Made by a program: the position numbers and the translations under genes. From positions 130,002 through 162,001 of the forward strand of contig RQZE01000003.1 in the NCBI GenBank assembly GCA_003858585.1: 32,000 nucleotides of DNA, read 5' to 3'. The first letter of the stretch is position 1. Every line of letters starts with the position of its first letter. Of this stretch, positions 24,521-32,000 are shown piece by piece. Below the pieces are notes generated by a model that was given only the letters and a program-made list of their open reading frames with translations, ran no database searches and was not told the origin of the DNA. This DNA comes from Erysipelotrichaceae bacterium OH741_COT-311 (GTDB taxonomy: Bacteria > Bacillota_I > Bacilli_A > Erysipelotrichales > Erysipelotrichaceae).

Positions 24521-25702
24521 ATGAAAAAAACAATTGTAATTGGGGTAACAGGTGGAATTGCCGCCTTTAAAGCATGTCAGTTAGTTTCAGATTTAGTGAA
24601 ATTAAACTTTGATGTTCATGTGATTATGAGTAAACATGCCCTAGAATTTGTAGGGCCACTGACGTTTGAAACTTTAAGTAATCATAAAGTACACATCGAT
24701 ATGTTTGATCGAAATTTTCAACACGATGTTACGCATATTTCACTTGCCAAAAAAGCAGATGTCTTTTGTATTGTACCGGCAACCGCTAATACCATTGGTA
24801 AATTAGCTTGTGGGATTGCGGATGATATGCTTACTACAACCTTCATGGCAACAACAGCAGTAAAGATTATATGCCCGGCGATGAATACAAATATGTATAC
24901 AAATTCAATTGTACAAGAAAACATTGAAAGATTAAAACAACATGGAGTGCGTATGGTAGAACCGGAAAGTGGCTTGTTAGCATGTAAAGATGTTGGAGTG
25001 GGAAAACTTGCTTCTATTGAAGAAATAAAAGAAATGATTTTAGATAGTTTAACTGAAAAAACCTTAAAGGGTTATCGTGTATTGATTACAGCTGGAGCTA
25101 CGTTAGAAAGCATTGATCCGATTCGATACATTACTAATCATTCAAGTGGGAAGATGGGATATAGTCTGGCACGTATGGCAAAGCGCATGGGTGCAGATGT
25201 AACCCTTGTTGCAGGAAATGTAGCACTACCAAGGATTTCGGGAATAACGACGATTTTCGTAAAAAGTGCTTTAGAAATGTTTGAAGCAGTGAAAAAGCAC
25301 TATAAAAATCAAAATATGATTATTAAGGCAGCAGCCGTAAGTGATTATACCGTCAAAACATATCAATCACATAAAATAAAAAAAAGTGATGATGAACTTA
25401 CACTGGCATTGAAAAGAACCGATGATATTTTGAGTTTTCTTGGTAAACATAAAGATAAAAAAACCATACTATGTGGATTTGCGATGGAAAGCGAACATGT
25501 AATCGACTATGCTCAAAAAAAATTAGTAAGCAAACACTGTGATCTGATTGTAGCCAACAATGTTACAGAAGCTAATGCAGGATTTCAACATGATACAAAC
25601 ATCGCAACCATTGTGACAAAGGATCAAGTAGAATCGCTGGGTTTAATGAGTAAACTGGACTTAGCGAACTATATTTTATTAAAAATGAAAGAGATGGGAT
25701 AA
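24521..25702 (+). CDS. coaBC: Bifunctional phosphopantothenoylcysteine decarboxylase / phosphopantothenate--cysteine ligase
   Basis: N-terminal flavoprotein motif GVTGGIAAFKA and PAMN. C-terminal DFP domain (ITAG.T.E.IDP.R.ITN.SSGKMG, AAAVSDY). Confidence 0.9.
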   Translation: MKKTIVIGVTGGIAAFKACQLVSDLVKLNFDVHVIMSKHALEFVGPLTFETLSNHKVHIDMFDRNFQHDVTHISLAKKADVFCIVPATANTIGKLACGIADDMLTTTFMATTAVKIICPAMNTNMYTNSIVQENIERLKQHGVRMVEPESGLLACKDVGVGKLASIEEIKEMILDSLTEKTLKGYRVLITAGATLESIDPIRYITNHSSGKMGYSLARMAKRMGADVTLVAGNVALPRISGITTIFVKSALEMFEAVKKHYKNQNMIIKAAAVSDYTVKTYQSHKIKKSDDELTLALKRTDDILSFLGKHKDKKTILCGFAMESEHVIDYAQKKLVSKHCDLIVANNVTEANAGFQHDTNIATIVTKDQVESLGLMSKLDLANYILLKMKEMG

Positions 25703-25705
25703 AAG

Positions 25706-26497
25706 ATGTTATTGACGATAGATGTTGGAAATACCAATATTACAATGGGGATTTTTAAAGAAGATGAACTTCTTGGTACGTTTCGATTGATGACAAAAAC
25801 ACAACGTACCTCGGATGAATTTGGTATCTATATGAAAGCATTTTTAGACCGTTACCAAATTACAACTCAACAGATTAATGATGTAATTGTATCAAGTGTT
25901 GTCCCGAAGATTATGTACTCTTTAAATAGTGCTATTATTAAAACTTTACGTATTGAGCCAACTATGATTGGTCCGGGAATTAAAACAGGAATACGTGTCA
26001 ATACCGATAATCCAAAAGAAGTAGGAGCAGATCGAATTGTCAATGTTGCCTATGCCTATCATACCTATAAAAAGCCATGTATTGTTATTGATTTTGGAAC
26101 TGCTACAACCTTTGATTTTGTCAATGAGGAAGGTGTCTTTGAATATACTGTAATTTCTCCGGGTTTAGAAATTTCAGCACAAGCATTGTACTTACAAACG
26201 GCCAAGTTACCGGAAATTGAAATTGTAAAACCAAAATCGATTTTAGCTTCTAATACTATTTGTGGTATGCAAGCAGGAGTTGTATATGGATACATTGGAC
26301 ATGTAGAGTACATTATTAAAAAAATGCTGGAAGAATTAAAGGTGAAAGATGTCAAAGTCATTGCCACAGGAGGGCTTGGAAAAGTGATTGTTCCGGAGAC
26401 AAGCTATATCCATGAATATGATCCGGACATTGCTTTTAAGGGTATGAAAATTATTTATGATCGAACAAAACGTTTAACAAATAAGGGGGATGTGTAA
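25706..26497 (+). CDS. coaX: Type III pantothenate kinase
   Basis: MLLTIDVGNTNI..G; GADR; DFGTATTFD; ATGG. These are classic CoaX motifs. Confidence 0.9.
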   Translation: MLLTIDVGNTNITMGIFKEDELLGTFRLMTKTQRTSDEFGIYMKAFLDRYQITTQQINDVIVSSVVPKIMYSLNSAIIKTLRIEPTMIGPGIKTGIRVNTDNPKEVGADRIVNVAYAYHTYKKPCIVIDFGTATTFDFVNEEGVFEYTVISPGLEISAQALYLQTAKLPEIEIVKPKSILASNTICGMQAGVVYGYIGHVEYIIKKMLEELKVKDVKVIATGGLGKVIVPETSYIHEYDPDIAFKGMKIIYDRTKRLTNKGDV

Positions 26498-27051
26498 TGG
26501 AAATCCTTTTAGCAAGTAAATCACCACGACGAAAAGAGTTATTACAGCTGTTGCAGATGGATTTTAAAGTCGTAAGTAAAGATGTAAAAGAAGAGTTAGA
26601 TCTGTCAAATGACTTAGAAGAAGAAATTCAAAAACTGGCAATAAAAAAAGCGCAAGCAGTTGCTTACGAACATTCGGATTGTCTTGTTATAGGTGCAGAT
26701 ACCATTGTTGTATTGAACAAACAAGTGCTTGGAAAACCAAAAGATGAAGAAGAAGCCTTTACCATGTTGAAGTCTTTAAGTGGAAATACACACGAAGTAC
26801 TTACAGCAGTAGCTCTTATTTATAAAGGTAAGGTTGAATCTTTTTGTAGTAAAACAGAAGTGAGTTTTGAATCATTAAGTAATCAAGAAATTTTAGACTA
26901 TATTCAAAGCAAAGAACCGATGGATAAAGCAGGTGCATATGGCATACAAGGTTATGGCTCTAAATTTATTTCTCGTATCAGAGGAGATTACTATGCGGTT
27001 ATGGGGCTACCGGTAAGTGCTTTATATCAAAAGTTAAAACAATATCGATAG
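26497..27051 (+). CDS. maf: Maf-family nucleoside triphosphate pyrophosphatase
   Basis: LASKSPRRKELL, GADT.V, GKP.D, KAGAYGIQG. Confidence 0.9.
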   Translation: MEILLASKSPRRKELLQLLQMDFKVVSKDVKEELDLSNDLEEEIQKLAIKKAQAVAYEHSDCLVIGADTIVVLNKQVLGKPKDEEEAFTMLKSLSGNTHEVLTAVALIYKGKVESFCSKTEVSFESLSNQEILDYIQSKEPMDKAGAYGIQGYGSKFISRIRGDYYAVMGLPVSALYQKLKQYR

Positions 27052-27058
27052 GTGCAAT

Positions 27059-27580
27059 ATGGAGAGGAAACAATTAGAACAGTGGGTCAATCAAGTTTAT
27101 GACATACATATTCCAAGATGGGATGAGCTTCCGGAATTTGATTTATATATGGATCAGGTTATTACTGTTTTAGATCGTTATCTATGGTTTTTGCTCCCTA
27201 TGGACTATGGTCGTTTAGTAACACCTTCCATGATAAATAATTATGTAAAATTAAAGTTATTGCCAAAACCATATAAAAAACAATACAATCGCTATCATTT
27301 AGCGAATTTAATCGCCATTACAATTTTAAAACAAGTATTGACGATTAAAGAAGTAAAAGATGGTATTTTAAAACAAGTAGAAGTCGAGGGAGATGGTAAG
27401 GCATACGATAATTTTTGTTATGAACAAGAAATGGCAATTAAACAAGTATGTAGTTTGATTGATGAGCGTAAGCCTTTAATACAGCAAGATAAGATTGATG
27501 ATGAACATCATGTGGCATTAAAAATGACAACACGTGCCTTTGCTTCGAAACTTTTAGCAGTGCATTTGGTAAGTAGGTAA
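27059..27580 (+). CDS. DUF1836-like protein
   Basis: The central motif TPSMINNYVKLKLLPKPYKKQYNRYHLA resembles the DUF1836 signature as I recall it. Tentative. Confidence 0.5.
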   Translation: MERKQLEQWVNQVYDIHIPRWDELPEFDLYMDQVITVLDRYLWFLLPMDYGRLVTPSMINNYVKLKLLPKPYKKQYNRYHLANLIAITILKQVLTIKEVKDGILKQVEVEGDGKAYDNFCYEQEMAIKQVCSLIDERKPLIQQDKIDDEHHVALKMTTRAFASKLLAVHLVSR

Positions 27581-27584
27581 AAAG

Positions 27585-28388
27585 ATGAAATGTATAAATG
27601 AAGTATTAAGTAAAAAAGATTTAGTGGACTATTTTTTAAGGCTCGGTTTAAAGAGTGGAATGATTGTGGAAGTACACTCTTCCATAAAAGCACTGGGAAC
27701 CATCTTAGGGGGAGCTGCTACGGTATTGGATGCCTTAATCGAAGTGGTTGGCTACAACGGAACGATTATTATGCCCATGCATAATTATGCCAATACGGAA
27801 CCATCTAAATGGCAATATCCACCGATTGCTTTATCCCTTATTTCAAAGGTGCGCAATGAAATGCCGGCATTTGATCGTAACATGAGCGATGCTTATAAAA
27901 TGGGAGCTTTGGTCGAGGCTCTTCGTCGAAAAGAAGGAGTTGTCATCTCAAGTCATCCAAGTGTAGCTTATGTAGCGTGGGGAAAATATGCAAAGTTATT
28001 GTGTAATCATCAATCGTTTCACTTTGCTTTATCGGAAGAATCCGCAACGGCTACATTATATGCGATGAAAGCTCATTGTTTATTATTGGGTGTTGATTAT
28101 GATAGTGCCACATGCATGCATTTGGCAGAATATCGCAGTGATATACGTCCAATTATCGTAGAAGGAAGCGCAATTCACTTAGATGGTAAGCGTCAATGGA
28201 AAAAACGATTAGATGTCGATTTAGACAGTGATGTTTTTCTTGAGGTCTTTAAAGTCATAGAAGCCAAGGGATATGTTAGAAAGCAGGCGATTGGTACAAG
28301 TGCCATGAAGCTATTTCGTATTGATGTAGCTATTGATGAAGCAATCAAGTATTTTGATAATCATCATATCTATAATTTATACAGGTAG
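27585..28388 (+). CDS. AAC(3)-family aminoglycoside N3-acetyltransferase homologue (YokD-like)
   Basis: Antibiotic_NAT pattern: VHSS..ALG...GGA..V.DAL...VG..GT..MP, then W..PP, SSHP..A..A.G, LLLGV......T..HLAEYR. Confidence 0.75.
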   Translation: MKCINEVLSKKDLVDYFLRLGLKSGMIVEVHSSIKALGTILGGAATVLDALIEVVGYNGTIIMPMHNYANTEPSKWQYPPIALSLISKVRNEMPAFDRNMSDAYKMGALVEALRRKEGVVISSHPSVAYVAWGKYAKLLCNHQSFHFALSEESATATLYAMKAHCLLLGVDYDSATCMHLAEYRSDIRPIIVEGSAIHLDGKRQWKKRLDVDLDSDVFLEVFKVIEAKGYVRKQAIGTSAMKLFRIDVAIDEAIKYFDNHHIYNLYR

Positions 28389-28397
28389 GTGAACGAG

Positions 28398-29393
28398 ATG
28401 ATTAAAATAGCGACAGTAGGAACCGGTAGTATTACAGAACAATTAATTCAAGCGATGCAACAATGTCGAGAATATGAAGTGGTTGCAATCTATTCGCGTT
28501 CCTTGGAAAAAGGAAAAAAACTTGCTGAAAGATATGGTGTTGCAAAGGTCTATGATGATTATCAAATCATGCTAAAAGATTCTGAAATTCATTTTGTATA
28601 TATTGCAAGTCCAAACAGTTTACATGCTAAGCACGCCTATGAAGCGTTAAGTCATGGTAAGCATGTCATTGTTGAAAAACCTATTACGGCAAATCTACAA
28701 GAATTTATAAAATTAAAAGAATTCGCCGAAGCAAAACAGTTAAAAATATTTGAAGCAATTACGATTTTACATCAACCGAATTTTAAAGTGATTCAAGAAC
28801 ATGTATCATCTCTTGGGCAAATTCGTATGATTCAAATGAATATGTCGCAATATTCAAGTAAATATGCAAGTTTTAAAGAAGGACAAAGTCCTAATGTCTT
28901 TACTTTAGAATATGCCGGTGGAGCTTTAATGGATATTAATGTATACAACATTCACTTCTTGTTAGCATTATTTCCGAATTATAAAAAGGTGATCTATACA
29001 CCGGTTATACAACAAGGTATTGATACTTCGGGCGTATTGACCATCCTCTACGATGACTTTATCGCTTCTATGGTTGGTAGTAAAGATAACATTGGTAAGA
29101 ACTTTGTTCAACTTCAAGGGGAAAAAGGATACCTCTATGTAGAAGGCTCACCAAGCTTAGTAGGAGCAAGTTATCTTACCCTTTATAAACAAGAACCAAT
29201 CGTTCTTACAGATATAAAAGAGTATGATGTATATTATTATGAGATGAAACGCATTGCAGAAATCTTTCATAGCAAAGATGAAGCAATGTATCAATCTTTA
29301 TTACAACATTCTTATCGTGTTATAAGATGTTTACAACAAGCCAAGGAAGCAGCAGGATTAGTGTTTGAAAATGATAAAAAAGAAACCGTTTAG
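28398..29393 (+). CDS. Gfo/Idh/MocA-family oxidoreductase
   Basis: N-terminal Rossmann motif IATVGTGSI, the EKP motif (VIVEKPIT), and family-typical length. The start could also be the GTG at 28389. Confidence 0.8.
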   Translation: MIKIATVGTGSITEQLIQAMQQCREYEVVAIYSRSLEKGKKLAERYGVAKVYDDYQIMLKDSEIHFVYIASPNSLHAKHAYEALSHGKHVIVEKPITANLQEFIKLKEFAEAKQLKIFEAITILHQPNFKVIQEHVSSLGQIRMIQMNMSQYSSKYASFKEGQSPNVFTLEYAGGALMDINVYNIHFLLALFPNYKKVIYTPVIQQGIDTSGVLTILYDDFIASMVGSKDNIGKNFVQLQGEKGYLYVEGSPSLVGASYLTLYKQEPIVLTDIKEYDVYYYEMKRIAEIFHSKDEAMYQSLLQHSYRVIRCLQQAKEAAGLVFENDKKETV

Positions 29394-29404
29394 GTTTCTT
29401 TTTT
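29376..29404 (+). terminator. Terminator after the oxidoreductase gene
   Basis: aagaaacc-gttta-ggtttctt plus a T-run. The TAG stop lies in the loop. Confidence 0.7.
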
Positions 29405-29415
29405 GTGGACTATCG

Positions 29416-29883
29416 CTAAAGTTGATTGTAGCAAACAAAATTTTGATATTGATTTTTAGCAAGAATGTTTGCTACTTCTTCTAATAACAGTTGATCTTCT
29501 AAATGGAAGTTTGCATATTTATAGGAATCAACATCAATCAAAGCTAACACTTCATTGTTGTGTAAGATTGGTACTACAAGCTCACTATTGCTTGCGTTAT
29601 CACAGGCAATATGACCTTTAAATTCATGTACATTGTCTACGATGATAGAATGTTTAGTCGTTGCACAATGCCCACATACACCTTCGGTAAGTTTGATTTT
29701 ACTACAAGCTACTTTTCCTTGGAAAGGTCCTAAGACTAAAGCATCTTGTTTTAAAAAATAAAAACCAATCCAATTAATGGAAGTAAAATGTTCATTCAAT
29801 AAAGCAGAAACATTACTTAAAGCTGCAATAAGATCTTCCTCTTTACTTAAACTATTCACTTGATTTAATAAAATATCATTCAT
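29416..29883 (-). CDS. msrC: GAF-domain protein, free methionine-(R)-sulfoxide reductase-like (MsrC/YebR family)
   Basis: WIGFYF, LVLGPFQGK.AC..I..G.GVCG, H.F.GHIACD..S.SE.VVPI. The start is placed at the ATG at 29883 (AAGGTG 6 nt upstream). The ORF-track extension to 29988 runs antisense through the TPP riboswitch and is rejected. Confidence 0.75.
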   Translation of the reverse strand: MNDILLNQVNSLSKEEDLIAALSNVSALLNEHFTSINWIGFYFLKQDALVLGPFQGKVACSKIKLTEGVCGHCATTKHSIIVDNVHEFKGHIACDNASNSELVVPILHNNEVLALIDVDSYKYANFHLEDQLLLEEVANILAKNQYQNFVCYNQL

Positions 29884-29909
29884 ACTCATCACCTTAAGTA
29901 TTATATAAG

Positions 29910-29939
29910 TTGAAATACGATGTTGCAATGGGGTATAAT
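29910..29939 (+). promoter_or_regulatory. Candidate sigma-A promoter for the riboswitch-thiT transcript
   Basis: TTGAAA (29910-29915), 18-nt spacer, TATAAT (29934-29939). Confidence 0.55.
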
Positions 29940-29946
29940 GCTTACT

Positions 29947-30061
29947 GTGAGCAGGGGTGCACGAAATGCTGAGAAATACCCTTATCACCTGATCTAGTTA
30001 GAACTAGCGTAGGGAGCTTTCGCTTTTTCCTTACGCCTCATAACGTTGGAGGTGTTTTTTT
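29947..30061 (+). promoter_or_regulatory. TPP (THI-box) riboswitch with terminator-type expression platform
   Basis: Conserved elements aggggtgc, gctgaga, accc, and acctgatct.g...a....agcgtaggga (29953-30016). These are followed by the hairpin acgcctc/gaggtgt plus T6 (30033-30061), which ends at the thiT ATG. Confidence 0.9.
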
Positions 30062-30592
30062 ATGAAGGTCAAAGAACTAACTTATGTATCAACTTACATC
30101 GCATTGGCTTTGGTATTGGAGTATGTATCAAAGTTGATTCCAATCTTACAAATGCCACAAGGCGGTTCCATTAATCTGGCTGTGATACCTGTTTTTATCG
30201 CAAGTTACCATTTAGGGTTTAAAAAAGGCTTTTTAGTAGGAATTTTATGGTGGTTAATCGGATTTTTATTAGGTGGGAACAATTGGTATTTAAATCCAAT
30301 GCAATATGTCCTTGATTATATTGTGCCTATGGGTATTATTGGTTTTGCATGTTGCATTCCAAATGTATATGCATCTGTAACCGTTATTGGTGTAATTCGC
30401 TTTCTATCTACTTTTATTTCAGGAATTTATTTCTGGCCACCAGAAAATACAGTAGCGGGAAGTATGTCAGCTATTCTATATTCATTTCATTACAATGTTG
30501 GTTATAATTTAGGCACCGTAATAGTGGCAATTGTTCTAGTTCCGCTTTTAATGAAAGCATTAAAAAATTTAAAACTTCAATTTTCACATTAA
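30062..30592 (+). CDS. thiT: Thiamine ECF-transporter S component ThiT
   Basis: 176 aa, about 6 TM. The N-terminal pattern (LT.V...IALA.VL......PQGGSI.L...P) is typical of ThiT. It lies directly behind a TPP riboswitch. Confidence 0.85.
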   Translation: MKVKELTYVSTYIALALVLEYVSKLIPILQMPQGGSINLAVIPVFIASYHLGFKKGFLVGILWWLIGFLLGGNNWYLNPMQYVLDYIVPMGIIGFACCIPNVYASVTVIGVIRFLSTFISGIYFWPPENTVAGSMSAILYSFHYNVGYNLGTVIVAIVLVPLLMKALKNLKLQFSH

Positions 30593-30597
30593 ATTTT

Positions 30598-30626
30598 AAA
30601 AAGTTTCTATTTATAGAAACTTTTTT
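30598..30626 (+). terminator. Terminator after thiT
   Basis: agtttcta-ttta-tagaaact followed by TTTTTT. Confidence 0.7.
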
Positions 30627-30657
30627 GATATAATACTTTAGAAAGGGAGGGCTAGAT

Positions 30658-31191
30658 ATGTTACCAGAAATTAAATCTTCCGTATATATACAGAGTTTCA
30701 AACATGATGGTTCTCTACATCGAACATGGGCGAAAGGTTATGTTGTAGAAGCTGACCAAGAGCGGATTGTGGTGGTAACCAATAAAACATGGGTGACAGA
30801 AGCGGATGGCAGAAAATGGTTTACAAAAGAACCGGCAATTTGTTTTTTTTACACCAAGTATTGGTTTAATATTATTTCTATGATACGTAAAACAGGTATT
30901 TATTATTATTGTAATTTAGCATCTCCTAGTTTATATGATGGAGAAGCCATTAAAAACATTGACTATGATTTAGATATTAAATTATATCCTGATAATTCTT
31001 ATATTATCTTAGATGAAGAAGAATATCGCTTGCATGCAAAACAGATGCAATATCCAAATGAAATTATGGAAATTGTTGAAAAACAGATGAAGGTATTAAT
31101 TGAACAAATGGAAACCTATCAAGATCCATTTAACGAACAAACAATAAATTACTATCATAATAAATATTTGCAGATGCTACATGAAGAGTAA
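30658..31191 (+). CDS. ntdp: DUF402/UPF0374 nucleoside tri-/diphosphate phosphatase (Ntdp-like)
   Basis: SFKHDG.LHR.W, YYCN.ASP, IDYDLD.K..PD. About 177 aa, typical of the Firmicutes YgaC/Ntdp family. Confidence 0.7.
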   Translation: MLPEIKSSVYIQSFKHDGSLHRTWAKGYVVEADQERIVVVTNKTWVTEADGRKWFTKEPAICFFYTKYWFNIISMIRKTGIYYYCNLASPSLYDGEAIKNIDYDLDIKLYPDNSYIILDEEEYRLHAKQMQYPNEIMEIVEKQMKVLIEQMETYQDPFNEQTINYYHNKYLQMLHEE

Positions 31192-31225
31192 ATGTTGCGG
31201 CTTTATAAGAAAGATGCTTGAAAGA

Positions 31226-31253
31226 AAAAGATACTTTTAACAAAGTATCTTTT
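31226..31253. terminator. Bidirectional terminator between convergent genes
   Basis: aaaagatacttt-taac-aaagtatctttt. Confidence 0.7.
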
Positions 31254-31261
31254 TAATATAA

Positions 31262-31684
31262 TTAGTTTGAATAGCTCTGTGCCTTTTCACCGATAAATTC
31301 TAAATAGTTACTTAAGCGTACATATTTATGAGGTACGTTGTCTTTCATGAATATAATGTGATCGTTATCTTTTACAAAGATGGTGTATGGATTAGAGTTG
31401 ATTGTACTTAGATAAACATGAGTATCATCTGTAGTGCTATAACTTCCTTGAAGAGCAAATGTTAGTTGGTCGTAGTAGTAAATCATGTGTTGAGACTGAT
31501 CGAAAACTAGGTATTGGGCGCTTGGACTTTGATTTTCCTCTGTAATGAAAGTTCCGTGAAGGTGGTGGATGGTTGCGTTAGATTGTTTATGTATTTTAAC
31601 AATATAAGCAACGAAAAAGAGAATAATAATGAGAGTAAGTAATAGTAAAACCCAAGGTGTATTCATGTTCCATTTCTTTTGCAT
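31262..31684 (-). CDS. Hypothetical protein with a single N-terminal TM anchor
   Basis: Clean 140-aa ORF. Hydrophobic helix WVLLLLTLIIILFFVAYIV followed by a beta-rich extracytoplasmic domain. No recognised motif. Confidence 0.5.
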   Translation of the reverse strand: MQKKWNMNTPWVLLLLTLIIILFFVAYIVKIHKQSNATIHHLHGTFITEENQSPSAQYLVFDQSQHMIYYYDQLTFALQGSYSTTDDTHVYLSTINSNPYTIFVKDNDHIIFMKDNVPHKYVRLSNYLEFIGEKAQSYSN

Positions 31685-31966
31685 AACGATATCCTTTCTG
31701 TGATGAATTATAGATGCTTATACCTAAAGTATAGCGCATTTTATTTTTTATAAAAGAACAGTGTAAAAGATGTATGATGTTTTAAAGATATAAATAGACA
31801 TAAAAAGTATGCAATCCCATAAATAATGTAAAATAACATACAATTTTATAAAAATGTTCAAATATAAAACATTAGAAAAAGGCTAGAAAATAAGGGGTAT
31901 GAGAGGATGGAAGTGGAGAAAGGAAGAAGAAAAAAGAAAAAAAGGAAAAATAGTAAAAAAATAGTA

Positions 31967-31995
31967 TTGACTTGGAGTAGAAACTTTGATATTAT
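31967..31995 (+). promoter_or_regulatory. Strong sigma-A-type promoter with an A-rich upstream element, reading out of the window
   Basis: TTGACT (31967-31972), 17-nt spacer, TATTAT (31990-31995). It is preceded by a long A/G-rich tract. Confidence 0.6.
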
Positions 31996-32000
31996 AAACA

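Noticed and set aside
29884-29988. N-terminal extension of the GAF-domain ORF (MIRVFLSISCTPAHSKHYTPLQHRISTYIILKV).
   Set aside because: It runs antisense through the TPP riboswitch and its promoter. A well-spaced RBS precedes the internal ATG at 29883, where homology-like sequence begins.
31907-32000. Open frame MEVEKGRRKKKKRKNSKKIVLTWSRNFDIIN… running off the window end, preceded by GAGAGG.
   Set aside because: The extreme Lys/Arg content simply reflects the polypurine tract, and the frame runs through a near-consensus -35/-10 pair. The promoter interpretation is favoured, though it cannot be fully excluded without the downstream sequence.
1-32000. Looked for CRISPR arrays, rRNA genes, integrase/att sites next to the tRNA cluster, and recognisable multi-gene defence or toxin-antitoxin loci.
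   Set aside because: I saw no regularly spaced direct repeats with unique spacers and no integrase or recombinase ORF near the tRNAs. The only toxin-like gene, fic, carries its own inhibitory motif. Nothing supports such calls.

Overview
AT-rich, low-GC Firmicutes-type chromosomal segment; the gene content suggests Erysipelotrichia or Clostridia, but that placement is a guess. Most of the window is housekeeping. It holds the end of the cdaA-cdaR-glmM operon, an OmpR-type two-component pair, an NfeD-SPFH operon, and cell-wall genes (a MurF-like ligase and ddl). It also holds nucleotide metabolism genes (deoD, dut, maf, ntdp), a tRNA-Ser/Asp/Gly cluster, a pantothenate-to-CoA salvage cluster (ECF S component, coaBC, coaX), and a TPP riboswitch controlling thiT. 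Two regions look accessory. (1) 4.2-10.8 kb: a translationally coupled three-gene sensory module sits directly upstream of a 955-aa secreted protein. The module is a polytopic membrane protein with a degenerate kinase-like tail, a HisKA_3-type histidine kinase and a NarL/LuxR regulator. The secreted protein is built from 11 InlB-B-repeat-like modules and has a non-canonical C-terminal sorting signal. (2) 10.9-14.7 kb: a frameshifted DUF2785-like gene is followed by two differently deleted, directly oriented copies of one IS3-family element. These copies bracket an auto-inhibited (class II) Fic-HTH gene that is itself framed by twin near-identical hairpins. I found no CRISPR array, no rRNA and no recognisable multi-gene defence system. 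The sensory module and the Fic cassette are the best candidates for something undescribed. All calls come from reading motifs in the supplied translations and DNA; no database search was possible.
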